Part shown: positions 1-13,615 of the stretch, piece by piece
How positions within the stretch are numbered: position 1 is the first letter of the stretch
Layout of the letters: the number at the start of each line of letters is the position of its first letter
NCBI RefSeq assembly: GCF_006345805.1
Contig: NC_043002.1
Coordinates: forward strand, 39,370,001-39,434,000
Reading direction: 5' to 3'
Source of the DNA: Octopus sinensis
Taxonomy: Eukaryota
DNA: 64,000 nt
Program-made: the position numbers and the translations under genes
Notes under the pieces: generated by a model
Told to the model about the DNA's origin: nothing
The model's input: only the letters and a program-made list of their open reading frames with translations
Databases searched by the model: none

Positions 1-1089
1 GCATCGGCCACGATCGGATTGGTGCATTTTACATGCCACCGGCACGGAAGCCAGTCATCTGAACGTGAGATATTGAACATGATCTCAACACAAACTCGAG
101 TAAGCTGTCCAACTTGTACATACACACAACATATTAAGACAATGTGTTTGTTTGCATTATGTTTCATCAGCTTTTTGGACACGTAATTCATTCCTAGCTC
201 ACTAAGAACTGTTCGTTCTTGTATTTAAACAGTAAACAGAGAATTTGTTGATGGGCACACATCAAGGGGCTACAACATGGGGTCAGGGACAGCAAGAACT
301 CTACTCGATTCATACAAGAGAGATTTGTGTGGTGATCTGCCTTTCACGAAGATCGTTTTAAATAACCATTATAAGATATCAGTCTTCATTATCCATGTAA
401 TCAACATGTGAATACATAAAGAACTGGAATCCTAATTACTGCTTTTGTTTGTCTGTTCAAGTGGTTACTTATAGCCATTCCAGGATCACTGTACTCTTTA
501 TATTTTGCAGATTGTGAACATTTGATGTTCAAAATAAAAATCAGAAGGGGGATTTTCGAAATGCAAAAGAAGTTTGAGGTTATGGTCTAAACCAGTGATT
601 CCCAAACCGTTTCAGTCTTCACGTTTAAGCACCCCATATAAGCCCTCGTATCATTTTTCTTTTTTTTAATCTTTTTTTACGCATTTTCCTTGTACACACA
701 GGAATTCATACGATTGTGCAAAAACCAAAAAAAAAAAAAAATTCTTTTAGTGCGTATTTTAAAAGTTATTTAGCTACATTTTAATCTGTAATTTTACCGT
801 TATTTTTAGCACATCTCAACTTGATACCCTCCTCATTTGTTTGTCACTGACGTACTATTTAAGCCAAAAATTCGGACTGTCGAGAACATCGCCAAACAGT
901 TTCCTAAAAGTTATGAGGGAAAAACTCGGATCTTGTGAATTTTCCGAGGTCCTCTCCCCACCTCCCGTTGCTTTGTGCGCATTTTTTTTTTCTCTCATAT
1001 TCGTTTCTAACACATTTGTTTACACTCGTTGCAGTATTTTTTTCTGATTTTCGCTTCCGGATCAAGTCGTAACAACCGAAACTATGCCG

Positions 1090-1181
1090 TAAACATTAAA
1101 CAAAATGGCTTTACATAAGTGAAAAAAAATGGTTTTTTTTTTTTTTTTTCACTTATGTAAAGCCATTTTAGTTAATGTTTA
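1090..1181. repeat. short inverted repeat (~40-bp arms)
   Basis: taaacattaa..aaaatggctttacataagtgaaaaaaaa and its reverse complement. Confidence 0.85.
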
Positions 1182-1387
1182 ATTTCTGAAGTAAATTTAA
1201 GACGAAACAATAAATTTAAGTCAGTCATTTATTGACAATACATGTGTACAGTCTGAAAACAACTCACATAGTATGTTTTCCTGCGACTTCTTAACCAAGA
1301 TTCTAACACCCAAAGCAATGAATTGTAATCATATTATTAAACGCCGATAAATTGTCATGTATTCATTAGAAACGTAAATTAATGCTT

Positions 1388-1450
<63 letters not shown>

Positions 1451-3281
1451 ACCGATATCATAAGAAGACTGCATGCAGTAAAATCGCTGTAGTGAACCAG
1501 AATCACATTTCCATCTGTTTCATTGCAAATGTTCAAGCTGTTCATTGTCTGCACTAATTTCACTAATCTAAAGTATTTGCAAAGGACCTCCTCTGATAAA
1601 TTTATAAATAAGCTAATAAGGGAACTTAACAGCCAAAAAACCGTCTTTAAATCAGACCCCCAAATGTCTTCCAATAAGAACAGAGTTACCTTGTTACAGA
1701 TATACAAAAAAAAAAAAAAAAGGCGAGATGGTCACGGCTGAAGAACATTTTGTCACAGATATGCTACATAAGTGATAACCTGAAGGCTAAGCAACAACTT
1801 TTAAGAAATATTTGTAAGAGAATATGCATACATAGGAAATATAGTGAGGAAAGATAATTCCAGCCATATACATTACGACCACGTGTTACAATGTTTAAAT
1901 AAAATATGGTATAAGAAAATAAGAAAAAAAAGCAGACATTTTTGCAAGTACAATTGGAGTTTTAGGGGTGAAAATTTATTTTTAAAACTATAAAAATTAC
2001 CAAAACAGTAAATTAGAGTAAAAGTTTTCAACAAGCCATCCTTTTAGATTTTGACGAAGTTCATTTCAGGCAGAAATATGTTCTCAAAGTATAAGCAATT
2101 AATGATGTCTATTTAGAAATAGTTAATGGCTTGTAAAATAGAATAGGTTCCTTATAAGTTAATGTCTTAGTTTCTATTCACAAAATGTAACAAAAAATAA
2201 CAACTTACTTCAAAATTTAAAGAATATGTAGATGATATTACCATGAGCAACGATTTTCAGAAGGAACGTTAAGTTAGAGATGTTTGTCAATTTTATATAC
2301 GCAGTTTCGTATTTTCAAATGCAAAGTCAGTTTACACTTATCGATATTATTAATTTTTATTATCCTGAGTGTTTCATTATAAGGTTAAGTATCATTATAC
2401 ATTATTTTAATATTATTGTTATTATTAAAGCGAACAGCAGGCAGAAGCGTTAATGCGTCGGACAAAATGCGTTGCGGTATTTCTTCCGACTACTTATGTT
2501 CTGAGTCCAAATTTCACTGAGGTCGACTTTACCTTTCCGCCTCGCAGTCGCCGTCGTGGTGCTGGGAAGACACGGAAATTTGGAGCTCCTTAAGACCGTT
2601 CAGTCAATTATTTTGTAATAACTATTTTGCTGACACTGTGTGGGGTGTAACTCAGTGATATTTATTTTACATTTGTGTGAAAACGAAGATTTTGCATATT
2701 TTTTCCACTTTATAAAAAATGTCCGAATACGTCAAAATAATTGACGGTGAACAGCGTTCTGTCGACCCAATTTCAATTCCAAATGTAGCCATGCTTGCCT
2801 TTTTTCTTATTTGCTTATGCCATATTTTATTTAAACATTGTAACACGTGGTCGAAAATTATATGGCTGGAATTATTTTTCCTCACGAAATTTTCTATGTA
2901 TGCATGGCCGGAGTTAAATTATCTACACAAAGCAATGGAATTTCGTCTTGTTGCTATGACAACAGCAAAGACTGATAGCAACAACAGCAACGTGGAGACG
3001 CAATGGCCCAGTGGTTAGGGTAGCAGACTCGCGATCGTAAGAACGCGGTTTCGATTCCCAGATCGGGCATTGTGAGTGTTTATTGAGCAAAAACACATAA
3101 GCTTCACGAGGCTCTGGCTGGGGTAGTGGTGAACCACGCTGTATTCTTTCACCGCAACTTTTTCTCACTCTTTCTTCCTACTTCTGCCACAAAGCAGAGA
3201 AACGATGGTGTAACCCACTATGGTGTGGTAAACTTATGACACCGCAAATAAGTGTTGTTGACACACTCCGGCAGAAATTGA

Positions 3282-3480
3282 ATTCACCTCAATAGACATC
3301 ATTAATTGGTTGAAATTGCCGAAATGCAAGAAATTAAAGAACAAATAGCTTACAAACTACAGAATTTTCTCAAGAAAGCCAAGAGAAAAATATGCTTTAT
3401 AAACACATTCTACCAGTATGCGAAGTTTAAAAGTGTTTAGAAATTATTTAAAAATCTGCTGGTCAAAGCGAAAAGACCCC
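3282..3480. mobile_element. solo TIR arm of the MITE family at 8018-8661
   Basis: Aligns to 8455-8660 (cacctcaatagac...aaaagacccc). Confidence 0.75.
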
Positions 3481-4052
3481 AGCTCTCCACCTGTTAAAAG
3501 CCACCGTTTACGGAATGAGGATAACAACGTAGCTTTCGCGCCCGTGCAACCGCCAGTCTATCGCGTGTGGTGGGTGGATCTTCAAGTTGCCGCACGCATT
3601 CTTTGTAGCTTAGAGTAGGCTCGAATTAGAAATTATTCTTTGTGGCTAATGGCCTGAGTCCTGACTGGAAGAAGAAGAAGAAATCTTGCCTGTGAAACCT
3701 TGTATCCTTGCCGTAAGGCTTTATTTCCACACACGCCAGCTTAATTTAATTCGTCCTTAGTCGAAAGAAACCTATTGTTATGTCTTGTTATTTGTATTTG
3801 TGTAACATTCTCCGTTTTTTTCCGTCCTTGTTTTCGTATACATTCGCTGCTTTCTTCCAAGGAATTTAATGCTTAGTTTGTCCTTGCAGCTCTCCAGATT
3901 GGAGCAATCTCAAGTATAACCAGCCGAAATTTCAAAGATAATCTGGAACTCGGCTGAGGAAAGAAAACTCCGAATGACCCGTCCTTGTTTTCTTTGTATC
4001 GTCTATGTGGATGTTTTGCGTTCTTATCCCATTTTGTATTATATTTATATAT

Positions 4053-4086
<34 letters not shown>

Positions 4087-4104
4087 GCGGCGTACGTACA
4101 TTTT

Positions 4105-4138
<34 letters not shown>

Positions 4139-4233
4139 AATAGAGGCAATACCAGCAGAAAACTAGAGGAACATGGCCTATCATGCAATAGAATTTTCAA
4201 TATATATGTGCACTTTCATTGGACATTAATAAA

Positions 4234-4617
4234 TCTATCTATATATATATAAAAGTGAGGTTGTGTGGTGTCTGTCTCCTTCGATTTAGATTCCTAACTA
4301 CTCCCACATTTTGCGGTGCAGTTTAACCAAAAGCGGGTTATAGTCGTGATTCATATCGAGCCCTTCTGGGTATTAGCGCGCGTCTACGATTTAAAAAAAA
4401 ATTACCATCATTTTTTCCCATTTTTAATGCATTTTTGGCATATATAAGGGAAGTAACTCTCTAAAAATGTATTATTAAATCTCAGAACTTAAAAAGCTAC
4501 AGTAACACCCCCCTTTGTGGTTAGCCGTATTGAGATGGCTATTATACTTTGCATCTCTAAAAATGCTTATATAGTTATTTCCCTTAAAACCCGAGCAACG
4601 CCGGGCGATACTGCTAG
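4234..4617 (+). mobile_element. non-autonomous Helitron, copy 1 of head-to-tail dimer
   Basis: 5' TCTATCTATATATATATAAAA; 3' hairpin cccgagcaacgccggg followed by ctgCTAG. Inserted after an A, with no TSD. Confidence 0.85.
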
Positions 4618-5130
4618 TCTATATATATAAAACTGTAGTTGTGTGAGTGTCTGTCCCCTTCGATTTAGATTCCTAACTACTTCCACATTTTGTGGTGCAG
4701 TTTAACCAAATTCGGGTATCTTATAGTCGTAATTCATATCGAGCCCGTCTGAGTATTAGCGCGCGTCTACGATGAGTCTACAATTTTAAAAATAATTTAA
4801 CATCATTTTTTATTCCATTTTAATGCATAATTTTTCGTGTGTCGATGGCGGCGGAGTTGGCGTCCATGGTCACACCTGCACCTGTTTGCTTCTCCCCCTT
4901 CTTCCCTCCCTCGTGAAGCTGTGGGGAAGGGAGTGTAAGGAAATCAACGTCGTAAAGCGTTGTCAAGGAGACCAGCGTTCTTTTAGAACAACGACTTCAT
5001 GGCTTGAAGACACCAAAACAGAAATGGCTAAGAAAGCCCGAATTGGCATCTATTAGGGAAGTAACTCTCTTAAAATGCTTATATAGTTATTTCCCTTACA
5101 AACCCGAGCAACGCCGGGCAATACTGCTAG
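4618..5130 (+). mobile_element. non-autonomous Helitron, copy 2 of dimer (longer internal variant)
   Basis: Starts TCTATATATATAAAA immediately after the CTAG of copy 1. Shares the 5' ~200 bp and the 3' hairpin + CTAG, and is followed by T. Confidence 0.85.
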
Positions 5131-5516
5131 TCAATTATAAAGTTCCAGATAATAACGCATTAAAACACTAAATATTTAAAAAATACGTTGGCATTATAAA
5201 TATATAAATACATAAATAGATATACAGATAGATATAATGTATAAAACGTCGATATGATATAAGATAAAACTCGTAGGTATTTAAAAATATTCAAAAATGC
5301 TCATATATATAAATACACAGGCAAAATATAAAACATCAAGATAATATAAGACTTACTGAATTAATAATTCACAAGATAAGATAGAAGATAATAAAGATTC
5401 ACAAGTTACTACACAGAGTCCGGTGGAAAATTTGAAATTACACAACATAAACATGACATACTAATACACAAAGATAATGTTCCATCGACGGGCCGTTTCG
5501 GAGACATGTCCGATAA

Positions 5517-5830
5517 TCTCTATATATATAAACGGCAAAATGTCTGTGTGTATCCTTTATATAAATCCACAATGGTCATTCAAAACCGTCCAAGGGTGGT
5601 CGTGCACATCTTTACATTTCCCCAGTCACCCCGCAAAGCCATTTAAAAAATCGATAAACCTACCCCTTATGTTTCAGGTAACAAAAGTCTTTAATACAAG
5701 GGACGTGACTCACTCCAGCAGTTTAATCTAAAGATAGTAAACCATTGCAAGGGAAATAACTCTTTATTTATACACACACATATATATATATATATATATG
5801 AACACGCATCACACACACACACACACACAT

Positions 5831-5874
<44 letters not shown>

Positions 5875-6032
5875 ACGCATCACACACATATATATATATA
5901 TATATAAACACGCATCACACACACATATATATATATATAAAAACGCATCACACACACATATATATATATATATATATTATAGCCTCAGTTTTGTGAGTGG
6001 GTTTTGTACTCGGAAACTGAAAGGAGTCTGTC

Positions 6033-6064
<32 letters not shown>

Positions 6065-6311
6065 ATATTTGTGTTTGTGTGTGTATGTTTATAACCCCAC
6101 CATTGATTGACAACTGTTGTTGCGGTGTTTACATTCCCACAGATTTGCAGTTCAGCAAAATACACTGTTAGAATAAGTACTAGGCTTACAAAGAATAAAT
6201 CCTGTAGTTGATTTTTTTTCCAGCATGGCCGCAGTCACATGACTGAAACAAGTAAAACATTAAAAAAACTATGCCATTTTAATCCCGAACAAGACAGGGT
6301 ATCTCTGCTAG
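5517..6311 (+). mobile_element. non-autonomous Helitron, second family, containing microsatellite and a SINE fragment
   Basis: 5' TCTCTATATATATAAACGGC after an A; 3' cccgaacaagacaggg hairpin + ctgCTAG then T. The 5' ~250 bp is homologous to 50120-50408 on the minus strand. Confidence 0.72.
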
Positions 6312-6744
6312 TATGATATAAATTTCATATTTTTCCTTTTTTTTTTTTTTAGAATTCCTCTTTAGTGAAAACATAATAATATTTTCGCCATAAACAAAAT
6401 ATATCGAGGAAATAATCATTAAAAACAAAAAAAACTTTTCTTCAATACGCAATATAGCTCAATATCACATTTATTACATTTTACGATAATCACGTAAGTG
6501 GTCCCCTATAAATACAACTTTACTAGAGTTTGTATGTAATTTGTAATGTGGAGTAGATAAAGAGCTGACAACTGATGAAGGGTCGTTCTTTATGTTACTT
6601 GTCTTGTTTTCCATTTGTTTCTTTCGTTGTTCGCAAAAAAAGTTTGTCTTAATATTTCATATTGTTTTTCGTATTTCAGATTTCATGTTTTCGTATTTCA
6701 TGCTGTTTATGTTTTGTGACGTCCTGTACCCATATGCGCATATA

Positions 6745-6810
<66 letters not shown>

Positions 6811-8017
6811 TATATATATGTATATACATATATATGTCAGTATCTACATATATGTATGTATATATTTTTATATACAAACACACACACTCACACAAAATAA
6901 ATAGACAGTTTTTTCTTTATTTGTATTGCTTTTACGTCCTGTTCTTGTCACTTTTTTTCTTTCCTTGTTTTACCCCTCTGCAAAAGAATTGTATTTAATT
7001 CCTTTTGCAGGAAGGACTGCTTCAGCGTAAAACTTTAACATTTGGTACGCCACATCAAATAGTTTGAGAAGCACTGATATAAACAACCCCTAACAAAACA
7101 ATCCATCAGTTAACATTTATCATTACCAAAATATACAGAACTAACAAGTAGGCCTGTTAAAGCTATGGGAGGTAACTTGAAATAGACTTGATTTAAAACT
7201 GAACGGGGACCGAGCTGGCTGAATCATTAGCACACGGGACAAGTTCTTATTTGTATTTCTTCTGGCTTTACGTTCTGAGTTCAAATTTCGCCAAGGTCGA
7301 CTTTGACTTTTATCCTCTCGGGGCCGATAAAATAAGTTCCAGCTGAGCATTGAGGACGATGTAATCTACTAATCCCTCCTGCAAAATTTCATGTCTTGTA
7401 TCTATATTTCGGCCATGTAGCGAAGTATGCGTCTCTAAAATAACTGATAATATACGCACTACTGTTGAAAAATATCACTGAATAGGACACGAGAAAAATT
7501 TCCCAGGCCAATTCAATATAGAGAACATTCTCCAAGGTTTTTTTTTGCATGAAGTACAAACTTAATTCTTGCTAACATAATTGATGTAATGAGCAGAAAT
7601 ATCTTGATCAATTAAAACTGTATCCAGTTCGAAGTCCAGTGACTGAAACATGTAAAACTATGTGTATATGTAAGTGCACGTATTTGTGTGTATATTTACG
7701 TCTTACATATATATGTTTGCATATGTATGTGGTCTGTGTATATCCATCTGTGTATTTTGATGTATATATGCATATTGATGGTTTGGTATGCGTATATACT
7801 GTTGTAAAATATTTTAATTTTTAATGTATTAATCGAATTGTATTTCATATATAATTATTGACAATATGTATTTTGAATCCACTCTTCGATTTAATTTTTT
7901 TTCTTGATTTTTTATAATAGGATGAATTTATATTGAATTCATTTATTTTGTTTATCTTGTTTATCGTATGCTTAAGACCATTATTTGAAAGGATCAATGA
8001 AACAAATCTATTTTTAA

Positions 8018-8661
8018 AGGGGTCTTTTCGGTTTGAACGGCAGTTTTTAAAACAATTTCTAGGTAACTAAAAAATTTTAAACTTCGTATACTGGTAAAAT
8101 GTGTTTATAAAACATCTTTTTCTCTTGGCTTTATTGAGAAAATTCTATAATCTGTAAGATATTTGGTCTTTAATTTCTTCAATTTCTGCAATTTCAACCA
8201 ATCACTGGCGTCTATTGAGTTAAAAAGCATTCTGTGCTGTATGAATATGCCCCTCGGCAGTTTTTCTGACGGTGTCATATGAAACTGTCACCCATAATTA
8301 TGACCCTAGTATCGATCTATTGCATTTCAATCTATTTTAGATTTAGGATTAGTTAGGGTTAGGGATGGGAGGAAGGGTATCTTTTTTCTTCACAAATGTA
8401 AATAAACCCAATCTGTTTCTTAAACGAGGGACATATTCATATGGCATAGAATGTTTTCACCTCAATAGACGGTCACTGATTGGTTGAAATTGCTGAAATG
8501 CAAGAAATTAAAGACCAAATATCTTACAAACTATAGAATTTACTCAATAAAGCCAAGAGAAAAAAGATGTTTTAAAAACACATTCTACCAGTATACGAAA
8601 TTTAAAATTTTTAGTTACCTAGAATTTATGTTAAAAACTGCCGTTCAAACCAAAAGATCCT
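8018..8661. mobile_element. MITE with ~200-bp terminal inverted repeats
   Basis: 8020-8219 is the reverse complement of 8461-8660. Flanked by TTAA on both sides with AGG/CCT termini (Kolobok-like, tentative). Contains internal ttaggg-like repeats. A solo right arm lies at ~3282-3480. Confidence 0.85.
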
Positions 8662-8704
8662 TTAAAGGTGTATCCTTTAACTAGTTTTGATCATAACGTT
8701 ATGT

Positions 8705-8796
<92 letters not shown>

Positions 8797-9546
8797 AATC
8801 AAGGAACGGCCATAATAGGCCATTCACCCACTAGAAATAACAGCCAAAGCTTCAACCGCAAAATAACATTAATTCCGTAAACCAGGAGAAAATTAAAAAA
8901 CATTTACCCTGTAATTTCTTATACGATGCACCGTTTCATCTACTGTTTAATGGTAAACTAACCTGATTAAATTAAATCAAGCCAATCTTCCATAGGCCCT
9001 TAGAATCGTCAGTAAGAAATAGCCAGATCGGAACAGATATTTTCACGAGGCATTTCTGTCCCTGCCTCGGCAATATCTGACCTAAAATTTTCAAATCATC
9101 GCACTCAATGCAAAAAACAAACAGAACAGCGATGTAGATACGCTGTTATATCAAGAGAGAAGAGGCGCCATCAGATAATTTTTAAAACAAATTAAACATT
9201 ATGATATTAATGCAAAAAATAAACAGAGTGACTCCAGCTCGTGTGGAATGATTTAAAAAGTATAAATCTTATGAATTGAAACAAATTGAGCAACTTCAAG
9301 TGTTAAAGTTTTACGCACAGTGAAAGTATATTTTTACAAAAAGAAACGTAGAGTTATTATATATATTGATATATTTTTTATAATTGTGGACTTTGAAGTG
9401 ATTTGAATATAAAACCGGACCTTGGAATCCTTAATCTTGAAATTATTTGATCGTAATAAGTTCATATACGTTAGAATTTACTAGCTGCAATGTAAGAAGA
9501 ATAACACATTTTCTTTTCTTATATAGCTATCTCTCTCTCTCTCTCC

Positions 9547-9578
<32 letters not shown>

Positions 9579-9767
9579 ATATATGTATATACACACATAT
9601 ATATATATATATATATATAAATAGATGAGTGTATTTTACCTTGTTAACAATTAACACGGATAAATGAATGAATAGTTACCAGGGCAGCAAAAATCTCACA
9701 AGTAAAGATGTTGTAACTCCTTGTTTATAAAGGTTGAAACTTCGTATTTACGTTGAATATTTGAATA

Positions 9768-9991
9768 ATATGAATAAAAAATGGAGTTAACGCAGGTTTA
9801 AACAAGTATTTTTACTTTCTACATATGTTTCAAAAATTCCACTGATACTTATTCAAAAGAATAAAAGGTATAAAGATTGCATTGTTTATACCTTTTATTC
9901 TTTTGAATAAGTATCAGTGGAATTTTTGAAACAAATGTAGAAAGTAAAAATACTTGTTTAAACCTGCGTTAACTCCATTTTTTATTCATAT
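9768..9991. repeat. near-perfect 107-bp-arm palindrome
   Basis: 9768-9874 is the reverse complement of 9885-9991 with one mismatch; the loop is 10 nt. Confidence 0.95.
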
Positions 9992-10648
9992 ATATATATA
10001 TATATATAGGATGAGAGAGGGGGGATGAAAGAAAGAAAAGAGATAAATACTTAAAAATGTGCGTGCGAAGAGTTTTCGTCAACTGATGTAATATAATAGG
10101 TATGTACTATAAGTACTCAATATAGATTGCCACTAGAACTCCGGTTTGAACTGCAGCTGAAAAGGATGATATTGAAACTGCCTATCTGAGGCGACTAGAA
10201 GTGGTTCCTCCTTGAGCAGGCGGATATAGATTAAAGTAAAAATGAAAAACAAAATATTTGGCATCACTCGGAAAAAAATATCTAATTTATACAGAGGATA
10301 CAAGCATATAGAGTCTCTTATAGCTATTTCTAGAATAGCCAATCGTGTGGATCATGATATTGAATGAGGATTCCATGAGCTGAGTATATCGTCATCAGAG
10401 AAGGATAAGTCAGAGAAATGTAAAAATGAAAAAAATATCCCCAATCGAGGATATTAGTATTTTCTAGTTTGTCAAAACGAATCAGAATAAAATAGTGTCC
10501 GTTGCGTAGTTCCATGGTCAAATAAATAATGAAGTTATAGGTAAGGTCTGTTAGCAGTTTCAAATGAGAGTTCGATTATAATCCATGGCAAGAAATAGAG
10601 GAAGTTACCAGTTCCATTTTTAAATAGAGAGTGAATCAGAGTTACGTA

Positions 10649-11052
10649 GGCATAGGAGTGGTTGTGTGGTAAGAAGCTTGCTTACCAACTACATGGTTCC
10701 GGGTTCAGTCCCGCTACGTGGCACCTTGGGCAAGTGTCTTCTACTATAGCCTTGGGCCGACCAAAGCCTTGTGAGTGGATTTGATAGACGGAAACTGAAA
10801 GAAGCCCGTCGTATTTATGTATATATATATGTATGTGTGTGTGTGTGTATATTTGAGTGTTTGTGTTGGTCTCCCCAACATCATTTGACAACCGCTGCTG
10901 GTGTGTTTACGTCCCCGTAACTTAGCGGTTCGGTGAAAGAGACCGATAGAATAAGTACTAGGCTTCCAAAGAATAAGTCCTGGGGTCGATTTGCTCGACT
11001 AAAGGCGGTGCTCCAGCATGGCCGCAGTCAAATGACTGAAACAAGTAAAAGA
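10649..11052 (+). mobile_element. tRNA-derived SINE family A (representative copy)
   Basis: A-box tggttgtgtggta, B-box ggttcagtccc, ccttgggcaagtgtct core, central (TA/TG)n and tail gactgaaacaagtaaaaga. Further copies at ~20380, 21813(-), 27398, 29063, 32188, 36130(-), 37489, 40085, 47380(-), 48735(-), 54191 and 59320. Confidence 0.9.
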
Positions 11053-11236
11053 GGAATAATATACTATATATGTGCATACTTTCTCTCTCTCTCACACACA
11101 CACACGCAAACTCGCTTTTACACACACAAACATAGATATATTGACTTTGCCAAGTCTTTCAACAGCCAAACAGGATATATCACAAATTGCTATAATTGGT
11201 AAACTGGGTGAATGGCTGAATTAATTTTTTAAAAGA

Positions 11237-12117
11237 CTACTCGTGACCCGTTGGGTCACCGGGAATGAGTTTCCCCGCAACGGAGTTTTGTTTCGTGTTT
11301 TTTTTCTTTCCCAAGTTATTTCGCATGCTTTCAGCGAATGTGACATTGAAATCACGTGTAAACGGCTCCTTTACCCAGAAAACAAAAGATTTGACTGCTA
11401 TTTCTTGCACGCCCTCCTACCACGTAACAAGTATTTTGAGTCCTTTATCGTAAATAGCTGTGGTAGCAAGGCGTGCTAGAAATAGCAACCGAATATTTGA
11501 AGGTGAGATACGCTGAATGCACTCAAAAAATCCCATGGAAAAAAATTATTTCACACCGAGGTTACGAACGGGTCTTTTACGAAATATCTACCGTTTTTAA
11601 AGTCATTTTCATTTTAAAATATTTTTTATTAATATGCTAAAAAATTTTTTGTAATAGTATTCACGTGAAAATAATTTTTAACATTAAAATATTGACTGCT
11701 TAAAGAAAGCTAAAATATAAATACTTACTTTACAAACAACTTACATTTTTTAAATCGCATTCACTTAATATTTCTAGATGATTAAAATATTGTGTTTAAC
11801 AAAAGCGAAAATAGAAACATTTACTGTAAAAAACAAATTGTATTTTTTCGTTGTTAAGTCAGTGTCTAATCGACAGTGTCTTTCTTCCCTTTCAGGATGA
11901 AGTTATATTCGGAATATTTTCTCATTATGCACCGTTTTTGGTATTTATATCCCCAGACCCCGAATATCTCAGTAGCTACTATTCGATTTACGCGAGACTT
12001 GTTTTATTCCGTTCGTATTAACATTTCAGGGGCGACTTAATTCATAGTATTTTCCCATTATGCACCAGTTTGGTTGTCTAACATTGCAAGCAAGATTGAA
12101 CTTCACTTTTATTAATA
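11237..12117 (-). mobile_element. probable degenerate non-autonomous Helitron abutting the RepHel element
   Basis: The minus strand begins tattaataaaagtgaag directly after the CTAG of the upstream element. It ends in the hairpin gtgacccaacgggtcac + gaGTAG|T. Confidence 0.4.
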
Positions 12118-12144
12118 CTAGCAGGCGTACCCGGCTGTTTGTTA

Positions 12145-13006
12145 AGTATACCTAGTCAGCATAGTCTCCCACGAATTAGAGCTGAAGAAACTGAGCCGAG
12201 GCAGCGTCATGCGGCTGCAGGGAACCAATTCTATGGTAAATCTACCCCTGTACTTTAAAGGAAGGCATGAAATGCCATTCTCGTATGATGTTGGCACCGA
12301 AGGAAGTAATTTGGAATGCGCAGTTGTAGGCACAGATCCGCTTGAGAAAGTCATGAGAATAAGGAGACGCCCCTGTCAGAAGATCAATCAAAAGGGGCGG
12401 AGGATCTTGTAGAAGAGGTACTGTAACCTTACCGTTGGAGCAGCATGTGTCGGGAGTTTCTCCAGGCTACTTTTTAGCTCCGCAAAATTGGCAGATTGTG
12501 GACATGCAGCCTATTTGAACGTCAGGGTGATTACTGTAGTCAATTGTAGGATCGTAGTTGAATGCTGTCATTGACCAACGCAAGGAGCCTGGCCTTGAGT
12601 AGGAACGTCGTGCAGCCCTTTGCTGAGTTGTAGCCTCCAGTCGTTGTTGTCTTTCCCCTGTAGTCTCCGTAGCGCGCGCAGCAGCAGTTGCTGCAGTATC
12701 TTTTGTAAGTCGAACTGCGTGTTGTGCTGCAGTCTCTGCAGCTCGTGCAGCAACAGTTGAGGAAGCATCTCTTGTTCGGCGTGCTGAACGTTGCTCGTTG
12801 CTCTGGGCGGCTCGTTGTGCTACAATACGTGCTAACCGATCACAATGCTGCTCTTCACTTTCCCTTCTTAGCACTAAAGCCATCTTATGTACATTGAGAG
12901 AGTTCCTCCTGGCGGTGTCCTCTGCAGATTCATTTGCACGCATACGCTTACTTTTCTTTGCAGCATTTGTTTGCCGACCGATATTGCATCTTTTGCGTCG
13001 AGGCAT
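12145..13006 (-). pseudogene. Helitron RepHel N-terminal region, disrupted by in-frame stops
   Basis: Reading the 179-aa ORF through its stops gives ...AFNYDPTIDYSNHPDVQIGCMSTICQFCGAKK*PGETPDTCCSNGKV...FLKRICAYNCAFQITSFGA...FKVQG*IYHRIGSLQP...QFLQL*FVGD. These are the conserved zinc-finger and N-terminal blocks of Helitron RepHel. The element ends at gccgggtacgcctgCTAG|T near 12118. Confidence 0.88.
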
Positions 13007-13615
13007 GGTGGAAAATTATCAATTTACGCAATAGAAAAAGTCTTAAGGAAAAAGCAGTGAATGTGTAGCACCCAAAAAATAGTAAAATGTAGTTGGCAAT
13101 GTTAATCAAACAGGCCGAATTAAGGATTTTTAATTTTGGGTAAGAGTTTTGAAGTGGCTAATTTAAGTTAGAACAATTATATGAAAAAGGGCTCTCATGT
13201 GAAAACAGAGGCAAATCGCAACTCACAAATGAATACTGCTGGCAGTACTGAGCAAGCAGTCTATTCTTTTTATTACCTATACAAGCTATATAAAGAAAGC
13301 TTCTCAGCGATAACAAAACGTAAAGGCAATACAAAACAAGCCAAAACATAAACTCGGGGAACTAAAAATTTACATAAAGAAGATGAAACAAAAATAAAAA
13401 AATAAAAGAAACGAATGATAATATGAAAGAATGAAAATGAGGCGCAATGCTCTCTCGACCCCCGAAGTCGAGTGGTTACATTTTTTACTAGTCTTTTCTC
13501 ATTTCGTAAACAAAGTCTATATATTTACATTATTTTTCACAGTCCTTTTCTTTTCTTTCACAGTCACATTATTATATCATTTTCCAGTCTTACCTTTTTT
13601 TACATTAAAATTCCT

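Noticed and set aside
6565-6610. CTGATGA box suggesting a hammerhead
   Set aside because: No downstream stem II/GAAA/NUH can be built.
8340-8370. TTAGGG telomere-like repeats
   Set aside because: Only 2-3 units inside a MITE; not a telomere.
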